DNA of 63,459 nt, the filler included, from Rozella allomycis CSF55 (lineage: Eukaryota), in NCBI GenBank assembly GCA_000442015.1. It is 6 parts of 6 records of this genome, joined end to end, with 100 filler letters (N's around TTAATTAATTAA, not from the genome) between each part and the next. Parts side by side here need not be neighbours in the genome. Positions count along the whole stretch, not along the records: positions 60,768 to 63,459 come from KE560837.1; 5 more parts are not named here. The stretch is one strand, 5' to 3'. The position numbers and the translations under genes are program-made. The notes below the pieces were generated by a model. The model worked only from the letters and a program-made list of their open reading frames with translations. It ran no database searches and was not told the origin of the DNA. This document shows positions 61,791-63,459 of the stretch, piece after piece; the stretch's first letter is position 1, and each line of letters begins with the position of its first letter.

Positions 61791-63459
61791 AATCAGCGAG
61801 ATGTTCAGTCGTGAGAACTATGCAATTATCGGGTAGCTGATCGTCTTCAAAGTTTTTTGCAATTTTTCTCTTCAGTACGACGACCAAGAAGACTAAATCT
61901 TTACGTAATCCTAGTAATGATGATTTGCAATTCATTACCTTCGTATTGTTTAAGAGTGAGATCCATTTTGCGCTTGACTGCATTGATGGGCTCAACAGTA
62001 GAGGCATCGTCCGTACTCAACCTCGTTTCAATGTTCCATGCCACATCACATAGATCGTTAATAATAGAACCAGCTTTAGGATAACAGGCAAGATCAAATC
62101 CTGCATTCGATCTTCCAAAGTGATAGATAACGTTCGGCTTCACCTGGGAGCGGTCCATGTCGGTGCTTTGCTTCTCAGTACGTTCAAATAGGAAGGTGTC
62201 ACTCGGTACAACAAACATAAAGTCTTGCAATGCTGTTTTTGAGGCAAATGATGGGTAAATAGAAGTCAAGTTCAAAATAACGCTTTGGCCCGGATGTTGA
62301 GACTGATAGAGCAAGCGAATCAAGGTTTCCCACAGACCATGAGCGATTTCGAACGGAGTACCACGAAGATCGGTTTCATTAATCGTCAAGTAATCAGTCA
62401 ACTGATAAAGAGTATAGCCAATTTGATATAACAAGGAACCTTCGTCTTGAGAATGCATCATCCTGGAAGCAAAGATTGACAACGCAAACGGAGAAATAAC
62501 AGGAACAAAACCTTTTTTTTCCATTTCTTCATCGGTGAAATAATTCAAATACAAACCGCGCTCAACGGACTCTTCATATGTGCGATTATGAACAACTTTA
62601 CTCATTGGAACTTTAAGCCGTAGAAGGGCAGGCCTGACGTCCTCAATACTCAAATCAAAATAACTGATTGCATGTTTAGCGACAGAAAGAATTGTAAAGA
62701 GTTTTTGATAATTGAAATTAGAAGAGCCAAGAAAATGAGAATTACACTTAAGAATTTCAAACAATACTTCAAGACCCCGTGGATGGCCACCAAGAGTAAC
62801 AATCAAACGCTTAACGTACTCGAATCTTGTGTAATCACTAAAGAGTTTAAGGGCACTTTCTACGCTCAGTGGATTCAGAGGAACAAAATGAATAAGCCGA
62901 CCAGATTTTGACGCTGATATCATCATATTGGAGACTTCTAGTGATGAAATAATCACGTGACAGCGCGAGAAAGCAATACCAGTAATAATGGCCGTAAGAC
63001 CCCTGAGACAAGCATACATCTTCTCAAGGGTTTGAACTTTTCCAATTTCATCAAACAATACAAACAGAGATTCCTTCTTCGAGTGCTCATAAACTAAATA
63101 TAAACAATCACTAATAGTCACATTAAATCGGATCTTGTCCAGTCTACGCNAAACGAACCTAGTGAGAGCTCCTTGGATTTATCAATGAAATAGCTGTAAA
63201 GGATTCTAATTGCAATGGCCTGTTCACAAGTTTCGTTACGTTTGATTGTCGTTTCTCCATTGAAACTGATAGGAATATAGACAGACTCATTTAGCATTTC
63301 CTTTAGGTTTGCCACTTTAGCATTCAACTATACATTAACTAAATTAAATTATTTTATACCATTTCGTGATTATCAAAAGTAAATTCTTCAGGTAACTTTA
63401 ATTCTGCGTACACATCCTCGTACACTGCCGCAACGTCCACGTGGTCCATGATTAAACCC
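61741..63459 (-). CDS. Crinkler/RHS-like P-loop NTPase plus restriction-endonuclease-fold protein; 5' part outside the window
   Basis: YIPISFNG, Walker B LFVLFDEIGK, TLGGHPRGLE, GTPFE..WE, SNAGFDL..WNIETR (PD-(D/E)xK-like) and terminal LADCYGKSL. A 28-nt intron follows YEG. Confidence 0.7.

Overview
This is eukaryotic, AT-rich, gene-dense DNA from a draft scaffold: five 100-nt N/TTAATTAATTAA spacers, plus many single-n joins flanked by duplicated sequence. The genes are fungal/opisthokont-like, include a cilium gene (IFT172), and are split by very short introns (mostly 25-32 nt). This suggests a zoosporic early-diverging fungus or fungal relative such as Rozella (inference only). The core (about 7.2-35.9 kb and 44.1-52.3 kb) holds Mpv17/SYM1, a small coiled-coil gene, a patatin TGL lipase, a multi-RA/PH/AGC kinase, NUF2, a PPZ-like phosphatase, a GT-A + O-fucosyltransferase fusion, IFT172, RRP12, a polycystin-1-like REJ-GPS-PLAT gene, a PSP1-domain gene, MPE1/RBBP6, mitochondrial PheRS and an intronless vWA protein. 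The repeat-rich blocks carry a KDZ-like remnant, a Harbinger element, Crypton (NDC10/GCR1_C) tyrosine-recombinase copies, a Gypsy gag-protease fragment, a LINE-like APE ORF with no visible RT, MDM35 and a Crinkler-like NTPase-nuclease gene. The most striking signal is in splicing. The only two long (53-54 nt) introns I reconstructed are each two abutting 26-27-nt GT..AG units joined at AG|GT with no exon between them, which suggests recursive splicing. Several other introns skip an AG at 23-24 nt and use a GAG/AAG at 26-27 nt, suggesting length-ruler splice-site choice.
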